Shown: positions 1-12,119 of the stretch, piece after piece | Position numbering within the stretch: the first letter of the stretch is position 1 | How the letters are laid out: each line of letters begins with the position of its first letter | Source: Patescibacteria group bacterium | Lineage (GTDB): Bacteria > Patescibacteriota > UBA1384 > JACPKC01 | Reading direction: 5' to 3' | DNA: 64,000 bases | Assembly (NCBI GenBank): GCA_050944875.1 | Contig: JBMNRW010000002.1 | Location: 1,009-65,008 of the forward strand | Translations under genes and position numbers: made by a program | Notes under the pieces: model-generated | Databases searched by the model: none | The model's input: only the letters and a program-made list of their open reading frames with translations | What the model was told of the DNA's origin: nothing

Positions 1-38
1 GACCGCATCAAACGACTCAAGGCGATGGAGACGGACGC

Positions 39-42
<4 letters not shown>
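1..42 (+). CDS. 3' end (13 codons) of an unidentified upstream CDS, stop TGA at 40-42
   Basis: Open frame from window edge ending in TGA; GTGA overlap with next ORF. Confidence 0.25.
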
Positions 43-2532
<2,490 letters not shown>

Positions 2533-3065
2533 TTTGTACTTAGCACACAAAGGGCGTCTCGGCAGTGCCGGGGCGTCGGTGGTGCGGTGCACTAGTGTGC
2601 TTACGAGGGCGTCAGTCCCAGTCGAGGCTGGATAAGTTGCGCCTTGGCGCGCTGCTTGCGGACCGCGCGGATGCGCGGGGACCGCCAGCGGGTCGAGCGG
2701 CTCGTCGCCGATTCGGAAGCCGCCAATGCGGAACCGGAAGCGGTGGAGGCCGGTGGCGATGTGATTCGTGCAGTCGAGCGACAATCGGTCGCGCGGACTC
2801 TCGTACGACGTGTCGCCGAGGAGCCCCAAGTGCATCGTCTCAGGTAGGTAGCCAAACGTGCTTTGCGCCTCGCCCATTTTGAGGAGGTGAGCCCCCTTGA
2901 CACGGCTGGGGATCGTGAAGATCGCGCCGTCGAGCTGAAGGCAGTGCTCGGTGAGGTAGGTCGAGCCCTCGAGACTCCGGGGGCGGCCGGCATCGACGAT
3001 GATGCAGCCCGGTCGGAACAACTCGCGGTTCAGAGCGAGGTGCGAAGCGTCGGCGGTGCTTGTCG

Positions 3066-3860
3066 CTAGAGCGACGACATCACCCCACTGATTGCCGTGT
3101 TGAGGCGTGAGGCATCGTAGGCTCGGACAGCTTCCGGTGTGACGCCGTACTGCGTGAGCTCATCGGCGAGCCGACGGAGCTTGGTAATATTGCGTGCGAC
3201 GATCGCGACGTTCCCGAATCGCTTAGCGAGCAGCAGGCAGGTTGGCCGACCAACCGCTCCGGTGGCACCAACGATGACGATGCGACTCTTCTTGGGGTTC
3301 ATTTTGAGGTCGCGCATGGCGCGCACGACGCCGCCGTGGATTCCGATTGCTGTTCCGTGGCTGCCGGATGTATTCGGAATGACTCGTTCGGTTGTGAGCG
3401 TTGTCCGGGCCGCGATCGAGGTGAAGGCGCCGAGACCAAGGCAGCCGACGCCGAGTGAATCGCGGGCAAATACGGCTGCCCGACGGATCGAGCCGAGGAT
3501 CTCCTCGTGTTTTGACTCGTCGAGGAAGTCTTCGGCCAGGCAGGGAATGAACAGGAGGGCGCCGAAACTCCGACGCCGCCGAGTGCGCAGCGCGTAGTGG
3601 CCGACGATACGGCCGTCGAGCTCCTTGAGTGCCGGGTCGAAGAACATGCGGCGAATTGCGTTCCGCTGCACCGGCGACTGGTTCGCCTTCTCGAGCCGCC
3701 GGGCGAGTTTCGAGCTCACACCAGCTGGCGTCATTCGCGCACCGCTTCCGAGCGCGGGCGGGTGTATGAGAAAGGCGGTGTTGACTGAGCCAGCGCTCGG
3801 CGTGGACAGGTTCTCTTCGTACTCGCTCAAGGCGCCGTGCGTTCGGATGACGTGCAGCAT
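3066..3860 (-). CDS. N-terminal 264 aa of COG5322-like NAD(P)-binding oxidoreductase (shikimate/quinate-DH-like Rossmann fold)
   Basis: Motifs FLIHP, GLGAFTS, TTSGSHGTAIG, IVIVGATGAVG typical of the family; frame ends 45 nt before the continuation. Confidence 0.7.
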   Translation of the reverse strand: MLHVIRTHGALSEYEENLSTPSAGSVNTAFLIHPPALGSGARMTPAGVSSKLARRLEKANQSPVQRNAIRRMFFDPALKELDGRIVGHYALRTRRRRSFGALLFIPCLAEDFLDESKHEEILGSIRRAAVFARDSLGVGCLGLGAFTSIAARTTLTTERVIPNTSGSHGTAIGIHGGVVRAMRDLKMNPKKSRIVIVGATGAVGRPTCLLLAKRFGNVAIVARNITKLRRLADELTQYGVTPEAVRAYDASRLNTAISGVMSSL

Positions 3861-3982
3861 GAGGTGATCGCTCTAATTTTGGAAAGAGTCGTCCGACCGG
3901 GCGATACCGCGGAGTATGCGCTTGGAGCACCGCGCCGTCACCTTGTCGAACGGGAGTGGGGTGTGTACCCTGAGGAGTAACT

Positions 3983-4297
3983 ATGGAGCGCCACGATATC
4001 GAACAGCTCGCCCGCTTGGCTCGTCTCGAACTTACCGAGGACGAGCTCACGCGCCTTCCTGGCGAAATCACGGGGATCCTCCGTTATGTCGGGCAGCTCG
4101 AAGAGGTGGACGTCGATGGCGTCGAGCCAACTGGGCAGGTGCTCGGCCTCTCGAACGTCCTCCGTACTGACGAGCCGCGCGGGGACTCGCTCGAAGTGCT
4201 CCGAGAACGCCGGAGTGTGCTCCTCGCCATGGCACCTGAGACGACCGATGACGGGTACCTCGTCGTCCCGAAGGTGATCGATCGGGGGGACGAGTGA
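3983..4297 (+). CDS. gatC: Asp/Glu-tRNA amidotransferase subunit C
   Basis: 104 aa, GatC-like sequence; ATGA-coupled to gatA. Confidence 0.9.
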   Translation: MERHDIEQLARLARLELTEDELTRLPGEITGILRYVGQLEEVDVDGVEPTGQVLGLSNVLRTDEPRGDSLEVLRERRSVLLAMAPETTDDGYLVVPKVIDRGDE

Positions 4298-5757
4298 CGC
4301 CGAAGACGATCGCGGTAGCGGCGAAGGCACTCGAGGCGGGCGAGCTCTCCGCCGTCGAGCTGACGACTACCTATCTCGACGCGATCGCGACGAAGGACGA
4401 GGCGCTCAACGCGTACCTCAACGTCGACCGTGACGGCGCCCTTGAGGCTGCGAAAGCGGCGGACGAGCGCCGGGCGGCCGGCCAAGTGCGCGGCGCGCTC
4501 GACGGCATCCCAATCTCTGTGAAGGACGTTATCGTTACCGAGGGGATCCCGACCACGGCTGCTTCGAAGCTCCTTGACGGGTACGTGCCACCGTACGACG
4601 CGACCGTCGTCCAAAAGCTCAAGGACGCTGGCGCCGTCATCCTCGGGAAGACGAACTGCGACGCGTGGGCACACGGCTCGTCGACCGAGAACTCCGCCTA
4701 TGGCCCGACTAGGAACCCGTGGGATACGTCCCGCGTACCAGGTGGGAGCTCGGGTGGGTCAGCTGCTGCAGTCGCGGCTGGGCTCGGCCTCGCTTCGATC
4801 GGGACAGATACCGGCGGCTCGATTCGCCAGCCCGCTGCACTAACCGGCACGACCGGCTTCAAGCCGACGTACGGTCGGGTCAGTCGGTACGGGCTCATCG
4901 CGATGGCGAGCTCGCTCGACTGCCCGGGTCCGTTCACCCGTACTGCCGAGGACGCGGCGATCCTCATGGCGGCGATCGCTGGCCGCGACCCGCTCGACGC
5001 GACCTCGCTCCCGGACGCACCGCCCGCCGTGCCGGTGCTCGACGATGTTCGTCCGCTCGCGGGGAAGGTGATCGGCGTGCCCAATGAGTTTTTCGGCGAG
5101 GGGCTCGACCCGCGCGTCGATGGGCTCGTCCGGCAGGCGCTCCGTGTGTACGAACGACTCGGCGCAACCCTGAAGCCGATCTCGCTCCCACTTACGAAGT
5201 ACGGGATCGCCGTCTACTACATCGTCATGCCGGCCGAGGTGAGCTCGAACCTAGCCCGCTTTGACGGTATTCGCTACGGCCGCCGCGCCGCGGATGCAAC
5301 CTCGCTCGCCGAGGTGTACGCGAAGACGCGCGCCCAGGGCTTCGGCACCGAGGCGAAGCGGCGGATTATGATGGGAACCTACGTCCTGTCGAGCGGGTAC
5401 TACGACGCGTACTACCGGCGGGCGATGCAGGTCCGGCGCCTCCTCATCGACGAGGTGCGTGACACGTTCGGTCAGGTAGATTTCATCGCCACGCCGACGG
5501 CGCCGACACCCGCCTTCAAGTTCGGGGAGAAGACTAATGATCCCCTTCAGATGTACCTCTCGGACGTCTATACCGTGACTGCGAACTTGACCGGCAACCC
5601 GGCGATCTCAATCCCGTGCGGGTTCGTGGCTGAGGACGGGCACGAGCTCCCGGTTGGCCTCCAGCTTATCGGCGACATTACGGACGACGAGAACGTGCTT
5701 CGGGCCGCGATGGCGTATCAGCGCGAGACTGACTGGCACAAGAAGGAGCCGGCGTGA
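4294..5757 (+). CDS. gatA: Asp/Glu-tRNA amidotransferase subunit A (amidase signature)
   Basis: 487 aa; amidase signature GGSSGGSAAAVAAG, Ser-cisSer-Lys context. Confidence 0.95.
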   Translation: MTPKTIAVAAKALEAGELSAVELTTTYLDAIATKDEALNAYLNVDRDGALEAAKAADERRAAGQVRGALDGIPISVKDVIVTEGIPTTAASKLLDGYVPPYDATVVQKLKDAGAVILGKTNCDAWAHGSSTENSAYGPTRNPWDTSRVPGGSSGGSAAAVAAGLGLASIGTDTGGSIRQPAALTGTTGFKPTYGRVSRYGLIAMASSLDCPGPFTRTAEDAAILMAAIAGRDPLDATSLPDAPPAVPVLDDVRPLAGKVIGVPNEFFGEGLDPRVDGLVRQALRVYERLGATLKPISLPLTKYGIAVYYIVMPAEVSSNLARFDGIRYGRRAADATSLAEVYAKTRAQGFGTEAKRRIMMGTYVLSSGYYDAYYRRAMQVRRLLIDEVRDTFGQVDFIATPTAPTPAFKFGEKTNDPLQMYLSDVYTVTANLTGNPAISIPCGFVAEDGHELPVGLQLIGDITDDENVLRAAMAYQRETDWHKKEPA

Positions 5758-6209
5758 GCGACCAGTATCGACCGTACTCCGGTCAGCGTCGCCGCCAGGC
5801 GTCTGCGATGCTTAATCTCTTCGTCCAGCTCGGCGCGGCGTTTACGGCGATCTGGCGCCTGATCTTCCGCCCGAAGCGCCAGCCGCTCGACCGGGTGCGC
5901 CTCCTCGCGAAAATGCAGAATATCGAGGCATCAGTCACCGGCGACGGAGCGCCGGCGGCACAGGCGGTCCTTCAGGCGGACTCCTTCGTCGACTCGGTGA
6001 TGCGCGCTGTTGGCGGGCGCGGGAACTCGTTCGCTGATCGCCTGCGTTCCCTTGAAGGGCAGTTCGACCGCGGGCTCTACCAGGCGCTCTGGGATGTCCA
6101 TAAGCTTCGCAATACAATCGCGCACGAGCACCCGAACATTACCGCCAGCCAAGCCCACCAGGCGCTCGCTGTGTTCCGGCGCGCCGCCAGCCGACTGGGA
6201 GCGTTCTAA
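5754..6209 (+). CDS. 151-aa protein with N-terminal hydrophobic segment and C-terminal HEPN-like Rx4H motif (HKLRNTIAHEHP), inserted between gatA and gatB
   Basis: GTGA overlap with gatA stop and TAATG overlap with gatB start; Rx4H motif read directly. Confidence 0.55.
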   Translation: MSDQYRPYSGQRRRQASAMLNLFVQLGAAFTAIWRLIFRPKRQPLDRVRLLAKMQNIEASVTGDGAPAAQAVLQADSFVDSVMRAVGGRGNSFADRLRSLEGQFDRGLYQALWDVHKLRNTIAHEHPNITASQAHQALAVFRRAASRLGAF

Positions 6210-7642
6210 TGCAGTACGAGATCACGATCGGCATGGAGATCCACGCCGAGCTCGCGACGAAGACGAAGATGTTCTGCGGCTGCCTCAACGCGCCGTTCGA
6301 GAGCGAGCCGAACACGAACGTTTGCCCGGTCTGCCTCGGGCTCCCCGGCACCTTGCCGACGATGAACGCCCGCGCGGTTGAGTGGACGGTCGACCTCGGC
6401 GCCGACCTCGGTGCCGCAATCGCGCCGTACACGAAGTGGGACCGAAAGAGCTACTTCTACCCCGATCTGCCGAAGGCGTACCAGCTCTCACAGTACGACC
6501 TTCCGCTCCTCTTAGGCGGCGCGATTGAGTTTCGTGACGCGACGAGCGAGGTGAAGACGGTCAAGCTCACCCGCATCCACTTAGAAGAAGATACCGCCAA
6601 GCTCGTCCACGACGGCGCTCGGTCGCTCGTCGACTACAATCGCGCCGGCGTCCCGCTCCTCGAGCTCGTCTCAGAGCCGGAGCTCCACTCGGCAGCGGAC
6701 GCGAAGGCGTTCTGTCAGACGTACCAAATCATTCTCCAGCGTCGTGGCATTGCGCGCGCCGACATGGAGAAGGGGGAGATGCGCTGCGAGGCGAACATCT
6801 CGGTGCGCCCTGTTGGTCGAGCTAAATTCGGCACGAAGGTCGAGGTGAAGAACTTGAATTCGTTCCGCTCCGTTGAGCGGGCGATCACGTACGAGGTGGA
6901 GCGCCAGATCGCCGTACTCGAAGCGGGCGGCACCGTCGAGCAGGAGACGCGCGGCTGGGACGACTCGAAGCAGCTGACCTTCGTGCAGCGAAAGAAAGAG
7001 ACCGCCGCTGACTACCGGTACTTCCCTGATCCCGATCTCCCGCCAGTGTCACCTGGTACGCTCTGGGACCTCGCGGCAAAGGAGCGGCAGGCACACGCGT
7101 ACCCGCACGAGGTGGCACGCGAGCTCATGCACGAGTACGGGCTGAGCGAACCGGTCGCGACGTACCTCGCGACGAAGCAAGATGGGGCGGCGGTCTGGGC
7201 TGAGCTCGTGAGCGAGTGCCCAGAGCCGGACGCGGGTGACAAGGCATTCCTGCAGTTCGCGACATCGCTCTACGTGAACACTGATACGGCGCGCGCACTT
7301 ACTGTGCCGCAGCTCGTCGAGCTTGCTCAGCTCGTCGTTGACAGGAAGATCTCGAAATCGCAGGTTCGCGAGGTGATCGCCGCTTGCACGGAGCGCGGCC
7401 TTGAGCCGGGCGAAGCGATCCAGGCGCTCGGTCTCGAGCAGGTGAGCGATGCGGGCGAGATCGAGGGGATTATCGATGCAGTACTTGCCGAACAAGCGGA
7501 CGCTGTCGCGAAATACCAGGCGGGGAAGCAGGAGACGTACGGGTTCCTCGTCGGCCAGGTGATGCGCGCGGCGAAGGGGAAGGCGAACCCGGCTGTGGTC
7601 AACGAGGCGCTCCGCCGAAAGCTTAATCAGGAGGAAGTATGA
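6209..7642 (+). CDS. gatB: Asp/Glu-tRNA amidotransferase subunit B
   Basis: 477 aa; GatB N-terminal CGCLNAPF...CPVCLGLPG and C-terminal YqeY-like domain. Confidence 0.95.
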   Translation: MQYEITIGMEIHAELATKTKMFCGCLNAPFESEPNTNVCPVCLGLPGTLPTMNARAVEWTVDLGADLGAAIAPYTKWDRKSYFYPDLPKAYQLSQYDLPLLLGGAIEFRDATSEVKTVKLTRIHLEEDTAKLVHDGARSLVDYNRAGVPLLELVSEPELHSAADAKAFCQTYQIILQRRGIARADMEKGEMRCEANISVRPVGRAKFGTKVEVKNLNSFRSVERAITYEVERQIAVLEAGGTVEQETRGWDDSKQLTFVQRKKETAADYRYFPDPDLPPVSPGTLWDLAAKERQAHAYPHEVARELMHEYGLSEPVATYLATKQDGAAVWAELVSECPEPDAGDKAFLQFATSLYVNTDTARALTVPQLVELAQLVVDRKISKSQVREVIAACTERGLEPGEAIQALGLEQVSDAGEIEGIIDAVLAEQADAVAKYQAGKQETYGFLVGQVMRAAKGKANPAVVNEALRRKLNQEEV

Positions 7643-7890
7643 CGAAAGAGTACCTCGAGAAGGTCATTGATCTTGTCACTGCCGCGTTCGGGTTGGTTGC
7701 CGCCCTTGCCTGGAACAGTGCGATCCAGGAGCTCATCAACGCGTACTACCCGGCCGGTGATGACCTGCGCGGGAAGTTCCTCTACGCGATCGTCATTACG
7801 GCGATTGCGGTCTGGGCGACGACTTCGCTCGCCCGGATTCACGACAAGGTGATCGCTAAGGAAGCGAAGGCCAAGGAAGCAAAGAAGTAG
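7639..7890 (+). CDS. small membrane protein (83 aa) with Lys/Ala/Glu-rich tail
   Basis: ATGA overlap with gatB; two hydrophobic helices; KEAKAKEAKK C-terminus. Confidence 0.55.
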   Translation: MTKEYLEKVIDLVTAAFGLVAALAWNSAIQELINAYYPAGDDLRGKFLYAIVITAIAVWATTSLARIHDKVIAKEAKAKEAKK

Positions 7891-7901
7891 GGCGGGGCGG
7901 G

Positions 7902-7910
7902 TGCTATACT
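7902..7910 (+). promoter_or_regulatory. extended -10 promoter element TGcTATACT upstream of htrA
   Basis: TGn+TATACT in the 37-nt intergenic gap; same TATACT hexamer recurs at other promoters in this window. Confidence 0.3.
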
Positions 7911-7926
7911 GTCGAGTGGAGGTGCT

Positions 7927-9135
7927 ATGCCGAAGATCACGTACCTAGACGATGACAAGAGTAACCCCACGAAGGCGCCAGTAGCCCGACAGGACCGACG
8001 GAGAGCGCCGTTTATTGTGCTCTTCCTCTTCCTCTCGCTCTTCATGGGGGGCTTGGGCGCGGTGGCTGGGGTGTACCTCCTCACGACAACGAACTTGGCA
8101 ACAACGCTCGGTATCGGTACGACGTCAGACGACGGCAACCTCGCAGTGACCCGGACGGAGCGCGTTGTCCTCGAGGAGAGCTCGTCGGTCATTGACGCCG
8201 CCGAGAAGGTGAGTTCAGCGGTTGTGTCGATCTCGACGACGCGGAACGTCCAAGACCTCTTCGGGCGCGTGTTCGAGCAGCGTGGCGGTGGGACCGGCTT
8301 CATCATTACGTCGGACGGCCTCATCGTGACGAATAAGCACGTCGTGTCCGACGAGGGGACGACGTACACAGTCTTCACGTCGGACGGCCGTGACTTCGAG
8401 GCGCGCGTCCTTGCCCGCGACCCGTTGAACGACCTCGCGGTTATTAAAGTCGACGCGACCGGCCTGCCCGTTGTCGAGCTCGGGAGCTCAGCTGATCTCA
8501 AGGTCGGGCAGTTCGTCGTCGCGATCGGCAATGCGCTCGGTGAATTCTCGAACAGCGTGACGACCGGCGTCATCTCGGCGAAGGAGCGGCAGATCACCGC
8601 GTCGGGCGGCGGCGGCGTGGCCGAGAGTCTCTCTGGCCTCCTGCAAACTGATGCAGCGATCAACCCGGGCAACTCCGGCGGTCCGCTCGTTAACCTGAAG
8701 GGGCAGGTAATCGGTATTAACACCGCGGTTGCGGGTGGTGCGGAGAACATCGGGTTTGCAATCCCCATCGACGTCGTCGCGAAAGCGATCCAGTCCGTGA
8801 AGCAGACGGGGACGATCAAGCGGCCGATGATCGGCGTCCGCTACGTGCCGGTGACGAAGGAGCTCGCCCGGGTGAACAACCTCCCAGTCGACTACGGCGT
8901 CTGGGTCCGCCCAGGGGATGGCCGGACAGAGGGTGCGGTCGTCGCTGGCTCACCGGCCGATAAGGCAGGCATCAAAGAGAACGACGTCATCGCGGAGATC
9001 GACGGCAAGGCGATCAACGAGCATAACCCGCTCCTCACGCGACTCATGAGCTACAACCCCGGCGACACCGTGACACTCACGGTGTATACCGGCGGGGAGA
9101 AGCGCGAGGTGAAGCTCACCTTGGGCACGCTCTAG
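7927..9135 (+). CDS. htrA: HtrA/DegP-family trypsin-like serine protease with C-terminal PDZ domain
   Basis: 402 aa; N-terminal TM anchor; catalytic triad context (TNKHVV, DLAVIK, GNSGGPL); PDZ region; RBS GGAGG. Confidence 0.9.
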   Translation: MPKITYLDDDKSNPTKAPVARQDRRRAPFIVLFLFLSLFMGGLGAVAGVYLLTTTNLATTLGIGTTSDDGNLAVTRTERVVLEESSSVIDAAEKVSSAVVSISTTRNVQDLFGRVFEQRGGGTGFIITSDGLIVTNKHVVSDEGTTYTVFTSDGRDFEARVLARDPLNDLAVIKVDATGLPVVELGSSADLKVGQFVVAIGNALGEFSNSVTTGVISAKERQITASGGGGVAESLSGLLQTDAAINPGNSGGPLVNLKGQVIGINTAVAGGAENIGFAIPIDVVAKAIQSVKQTGTIKRPMIGVRYVPVTKELARVNNLPVDYGVWVRPGDGRTEGAVVAGSPADKAGIKENDVIAEIDGKAINEHNPLLTRLMSYNPGDTVTLTVYTGGEKREVKLTLGTL

Positions 9136-9147
9136 AGGAGGTAGAAC

Positions 9148-9882
9148 ATGAACGATCGACAACGGGGAGCGGCGTGGCTCTGGCTCGTCCTCTTAGTCCT
9201 TATCGCTGTTGGCGGCTGGCTCTGGTGGGAGCGCGGGACGACAGACATGGCAATTGTCGGCCGAGCGACAGTGAAGGCAGCACCTGATGAGTACGTGTTT
9301 ACGCCGCGCTACGAGACAAAGGGAACGGATGAGACCGCGATCCGCGCCCAGGTGACCGAGACTGGGAATGGGGTGATCGCGAAGCTCCGCGAAACCGGGG
9401 TGACCGACGCGATGTTGACTGCCGACGTCTCGGTGAACCCTGACTACTCACGCATCATGCCGGAGCCGACCGGGACGCCAACCGGCTACGTCGCGACCTA
9501 CGCGCTCACGGTGAAGCTCGCAGATCTCGAACTCGCGAAGAAGGTCCTCGACGTGCTCCGCGCAACGCCGGTCGTCGGCACGCTTACGCCGCAGTCGACC
9601 TTCGCTGATGCGACGCAGCGGAAGCTCGAGCGGGACGCTCGGCGGCTGGCACTCGAGGATGCGAAAGAGCAGGCGCAGGATACCGCCGAGACGCTCGGCG
9701 TCCGACTCCGGGGATTGAAGTCGGTCGGCGAGCCGACCTGGGGCGGTGTGCCGTACATGGGCGTAGCGGAGAAAGCGGTGCCGTCTGTTGCACGAGACAC
9801 CGCGACTCCAGCGACACCAGAGTTTCTGACGGGAGAGCAAGAGGTGACGTACCAAATCCAGGTTGTTTATCGAGTACGGTAG
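9148..9882 (+). CDS. SIMPL-domain (DUF541) secreted/membrane-anchored protein
   Basis: 244 aa; signal anchor then SIMPL-like fold; RBS GAGGAGG. Confidence 0.75.
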   Translation: MNDRQRGAAWLWLVLLVLIAVGGWLWWERGTTDMAIVGRATVKAAPDEYVFTPRYETKGTDETAIRAQVTETGNGVIAKLRETGVTDAMLTADVSVNPDYSRIMPEPTGTPTGYVATYALTVKLADLELAKKVLDVLRATPVVGTLTPQSTFADATQRKLERDARRLALEDAKEQAQDTAETLGVRLRGLKSVGEPTWGGVPYMGVAEKAVPSVARDTATPATPEFLTGEQEVTYQIQVVYRVR

Positions 9883-9898
9883 ATTTAAAAGCAATATA

Positions 9899-9927
9899 TT
9901 GACAAATACCTAGGTTGGGTGTACGCT
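9899..9927 (+). promoter_or_regulatory. sigma70-like promoter TTGACA-N17-TACGCT (ends with GGGTGTACGCT)
   Basis: Perfect -35 hexamer, 17-nt spacer; same architecture and 11-mer repeated at 11240-11268. Confidence 0.35.
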
Positions 9928-10009
9928 CGTCAGAGTACCTTAATGGGGACGCTGGCCGGAAGGCAGGCGTCCCCATGTGCTTCTAGGACTGCAGGAGGGA
10001 GGAAGGACC

Positions 10010-10246
10010 ATGCAGACCGTAGAACACATCGGCATGCTCGGCATTGGCCGAGAGCAGTCGCTCTACCACCTGTGGTGGGGCGACGGGAGGGACCGAGACG
10101 TTCTCTACATGGAAGTCCTAACCCGTGGCGGCACGCACTGCTGCTGCAAGTGGGGTTCCGTCAGTGGAAGTATCCAGGTCGGCCATCTCCTCGATCAGGG
10201 GATGGCGTTCGTCCGTTCGCTCTGCGCCCAGGAGGCGCGCTACTAG
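10010..10246 (+). CDS. small hypothetical protein (78 aa) with HCCCKWGS Cys cluster
   Basis: Strong RBS GGAGGGAGGAAGG 5 nt upstream of ATG; preceded by a stable 5'-UTR stem-loop (9945-9974). Confidence 0.4.
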   Translation: MQTVEHIGMLGIGREQSLYHLWWGDGRDRDVLYMEVLTRGGTHCCCKWGSVSGSIQVGHLLDQGMAFVRSLCAQEARY

Positions 10247-10256
10247 CGGGCACATG

Positions 10257-10305
10257 AAGGGCCGGTTCGTCCGGTTGCCACGCGCAACCGAGACGACCGG
10301 CCCTT
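10257..10305. terminator. imperfect long inverted repeat between convergent genes (bidirectional terminator candidate)
   Basis: AAGGGCCGGTTCGTC...GACGACCGGCCCTT enclosing inner hairpin. Confidence 0.3.
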
Positions 10306-11209
10306 ACTCGTGTGCCTGGAGCTCGGCGTCGAGCTCGGCGAGCTTCAGTGCACGCTCCTCGTCGAGGAGCGCCTGGATGAGCGGTTCGAGGGTTCCCTCC
10401 ATGACGCGCTCGATGCCCGAGACGTTCTTCTTGATGCGGTGGTCGGTGATGCGGTCTTGCGGGAAGTTGTACGTCCGGATCTTCTCGGAGCGGTCGCCGG
10501 TGCCAATCTGCGCTTTGCGGTTGGCGCCGAGCGCTTTCGCCTGCTCTGCCTCCTTCATTTCGAGGAGCCGGGAGCGCAGCAAGGCGAGCGCCTTCTCCTT
10601 GTTCTTCGCCTGGTGGCGCTCTTCCTGGCAGGCGACGACGAGGCCGGTCGGCTTGTGCGTCACGCGGACAGCCGTCTCGACCTTGTTCACGTTCTGCCCG
10701 CCCGCCCCGCCGGAGCGGTAGGTCTGGAACTCGAGGTCGGCGGGGTTGAGCTCAATATCGACCGGTTCGGCGACCGGGAGAACGGCAACCGTAGCGGTCG
10801 AGGTGTGGATGCGGCCTTGCTTCTCGGTCTTCGGGACGCGCTGGACCCGGTGGACGCCCGACTCGTACCGGAGGACGCCGTACGCACCAGTGCCGCTCAC
10901 CTCGGCGACGAGTGAACGTACGCCACCGAGCTCGGTGCGGTTCTCGTCGAGGACGCTCACACGCCAGCCCTTGGTCTCACCGTAGCGCTGGTACATCCGG
11001 AAAAGTTCGGCTGCGAAGAGTTCGGCCTCGTCGCCACCGGCGCCGGCGCGGATTTCGAGGATGACGTTCCGGTCGGCGTGGGCGGCTGGCGGGATGAGCG
11101 CATCCTCAAGCTGCCGAATCTCGTCGGCGGCGAGCTCCGCGAGTTCCGGGTTGCTCGCGGCAAGCGCACGCGTCTCCTTGAGTTGTGTGATCAGCTCTTC
11201 GCGCTTCAT
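10304..11209 (-). CDS. prfA: peptide chain release factor 1 (short form)
   Basis: GGQ motif ([17 protein letters not shown]), PxT-type codon-recognition tripeptide (PKT), not SPF; alternative GTG start at 11227. Confidence 0.85.
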   Translation of the reverse strand: MKREELITQLKETRALAASNPELAELAADEIRQLEDALIPPAAHADRNVILEIRAGAGGDEAELFAAELFRMYQRYGETKGWRVSVLDENRTELGGVRSLVAEVSGTGAYGVLRYESGVHRVQRVPKTEKQGRIHTSTATVAVLPVAEPVDIELNPADLEFQTYRSGGAGGQNVNKVETAVRVTHKPTGLVVACQEERHQAKNKEKALALLRSRLLEMKEAEQAKALGANRKAQIGTGDRSEKIRTYNFPQDRITDHRIKKNVSGIERVMEGTLEPLIQALLDEERALKLAELDAELQAHE

Positions 11210-11239
11210 GGCCTCGCATCCTACCACGTTGCCTCCTTC

Positions 11240-11268
11240 TTGTCATCAGGAGAAGATGGGTGTACGCT
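11240..11268 (+). promoter_or_regulatory. sigma70-like promoter TTGTCA-N17-TACGCT (GGGTGTACGCT), likely driving a leaderless mRNA
   Basis: Same layout and 11-mer as promoter at 9899-9927; ATG at 11278 lies about 10 nt after the -10 box. Confidence 0.35.
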
Positions 11269-11277
11269 CTCGGCGCC

Positions 11278-11760
11278 ATGGAGCCACGAGAACCACTTGA
11301 GCCAGGCGTGTTCGAGTACGCAGAGCGCCGCGCGGGCCGAGAGTACCAGACCTGGGCTGCCGATGCGGTAGAGCTGCGATCGAACGCGCTCGCCGAGATG
11401 CAGGCCGGCCACCTCGCCATTGCCCGAGTACTCCTCGACCAGTACGCCCACCACCTGCACGACTGGGTTGAGTACGAACGGCAGGAGGAGCGGCTGCGCG
11501 GCGCGGCGTTCGACCTGCGCGCCTTCGCCGCCACGTTCCGTGACGAGGTTGCCGCGCTCACGGCAGTCGCTGCGCAGACGTTGCCGCTCCAGTTTCAGAA
11601 ACGGTACGGCGACATTTGCGAACTCGTCGGCGAGTACGTTGCGAGCCTCGAGCAGCTCGTCTTGCACAACATGGCTGAATCTGCTACGATCCGCCCTGAT
11701 CTATCAGGTTCACTCGAACCCGGTCGTAGTGATTTGCAACCAATCGAATCAATTGAGTGA
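11278..11760 (+). CDS. hypothetical protein (160 aa)
   Basis: Strong GC3 codon bias in frame; ORF-track frame from 11260 trimmed to first ATG downstream of promoter. Confidence 0.45.
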   Translation: MEPREPLEPGVFEYAERRAGREYQTWAADAVELRSNALAEMQAGHLAIARVLLDQYAHHLHDWVEYERQEERLRGAAFDLRAFAATFRDEVAALTAVAAQTLPLQFQKRYGDICELVGEYVASLEQLVLHNMAESATIRPDLSGSLEPGRSDLQPIESIE

Positions 11761-11771
11761 GGAAAACGCGC

Positions 11772-12101
11772 ATGAAGGCGAACATCCATCCGGCGTACCA
11801 GCAGACGAAGGTTACCTGCAACTGCGGGAATAGCTTCGAGGTCGGCTCGACGATGACCGAGCTCAAGGTTGAAATCTGCTCGAACTGCCACCCGTACTAC
11901 ACTGGGAAGCACAACCTCGTCGACACCGCTGGCCGCGTCGATAAGTTCGAAGCGCGCCGCAAGCGGGCCGCCGAGCTCAAGGCGACGCAGTCCGACAAGA
12001 AGGCGAAGGCTGACGACAGCCAGGACGTACAGGATGGGAAGGAAGCATTGAAGGAACTCCGGAAGTCTGTCCTCGACGCCGAGCAGAGCGCGACGAAGTA
12101 A
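11772..12101 (+). CDS. rpmE: 50S ribosomal protein L31 with C-terminal basic/acidic extension
   Basis: [10 protein letters not shown]...C-N-C...[11 protein letters not shown] Zn-ribbon L31 signature. Confidence 0.9.
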   Translation: MKANIHPAYQQTKVTCNCGNSFEVGSTMTELKVEICSNCHPYYTGKHNLVDTAGRVDKFEARRKRAAELKATQSDKKAKADDSQDVQDGKEALKELRKSVLDAEQSATK

Positions 12102-12119
12102 GAGAGCACAAAGGAAGCC

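Noticed and set aside
10304-11227. Release factor 2 with programmed +1 frameshift, or UGA recoding, as seen in some CPR lineages
   Set aside because: The protein has a PxT-type (PKT) tripeptide, not SPF, so it is RF1. TGA is used as an ordinary stop in ligA, gatA, gatC and others, and no in-frame TGA is needed in any conserved gene, so the standard code applies.
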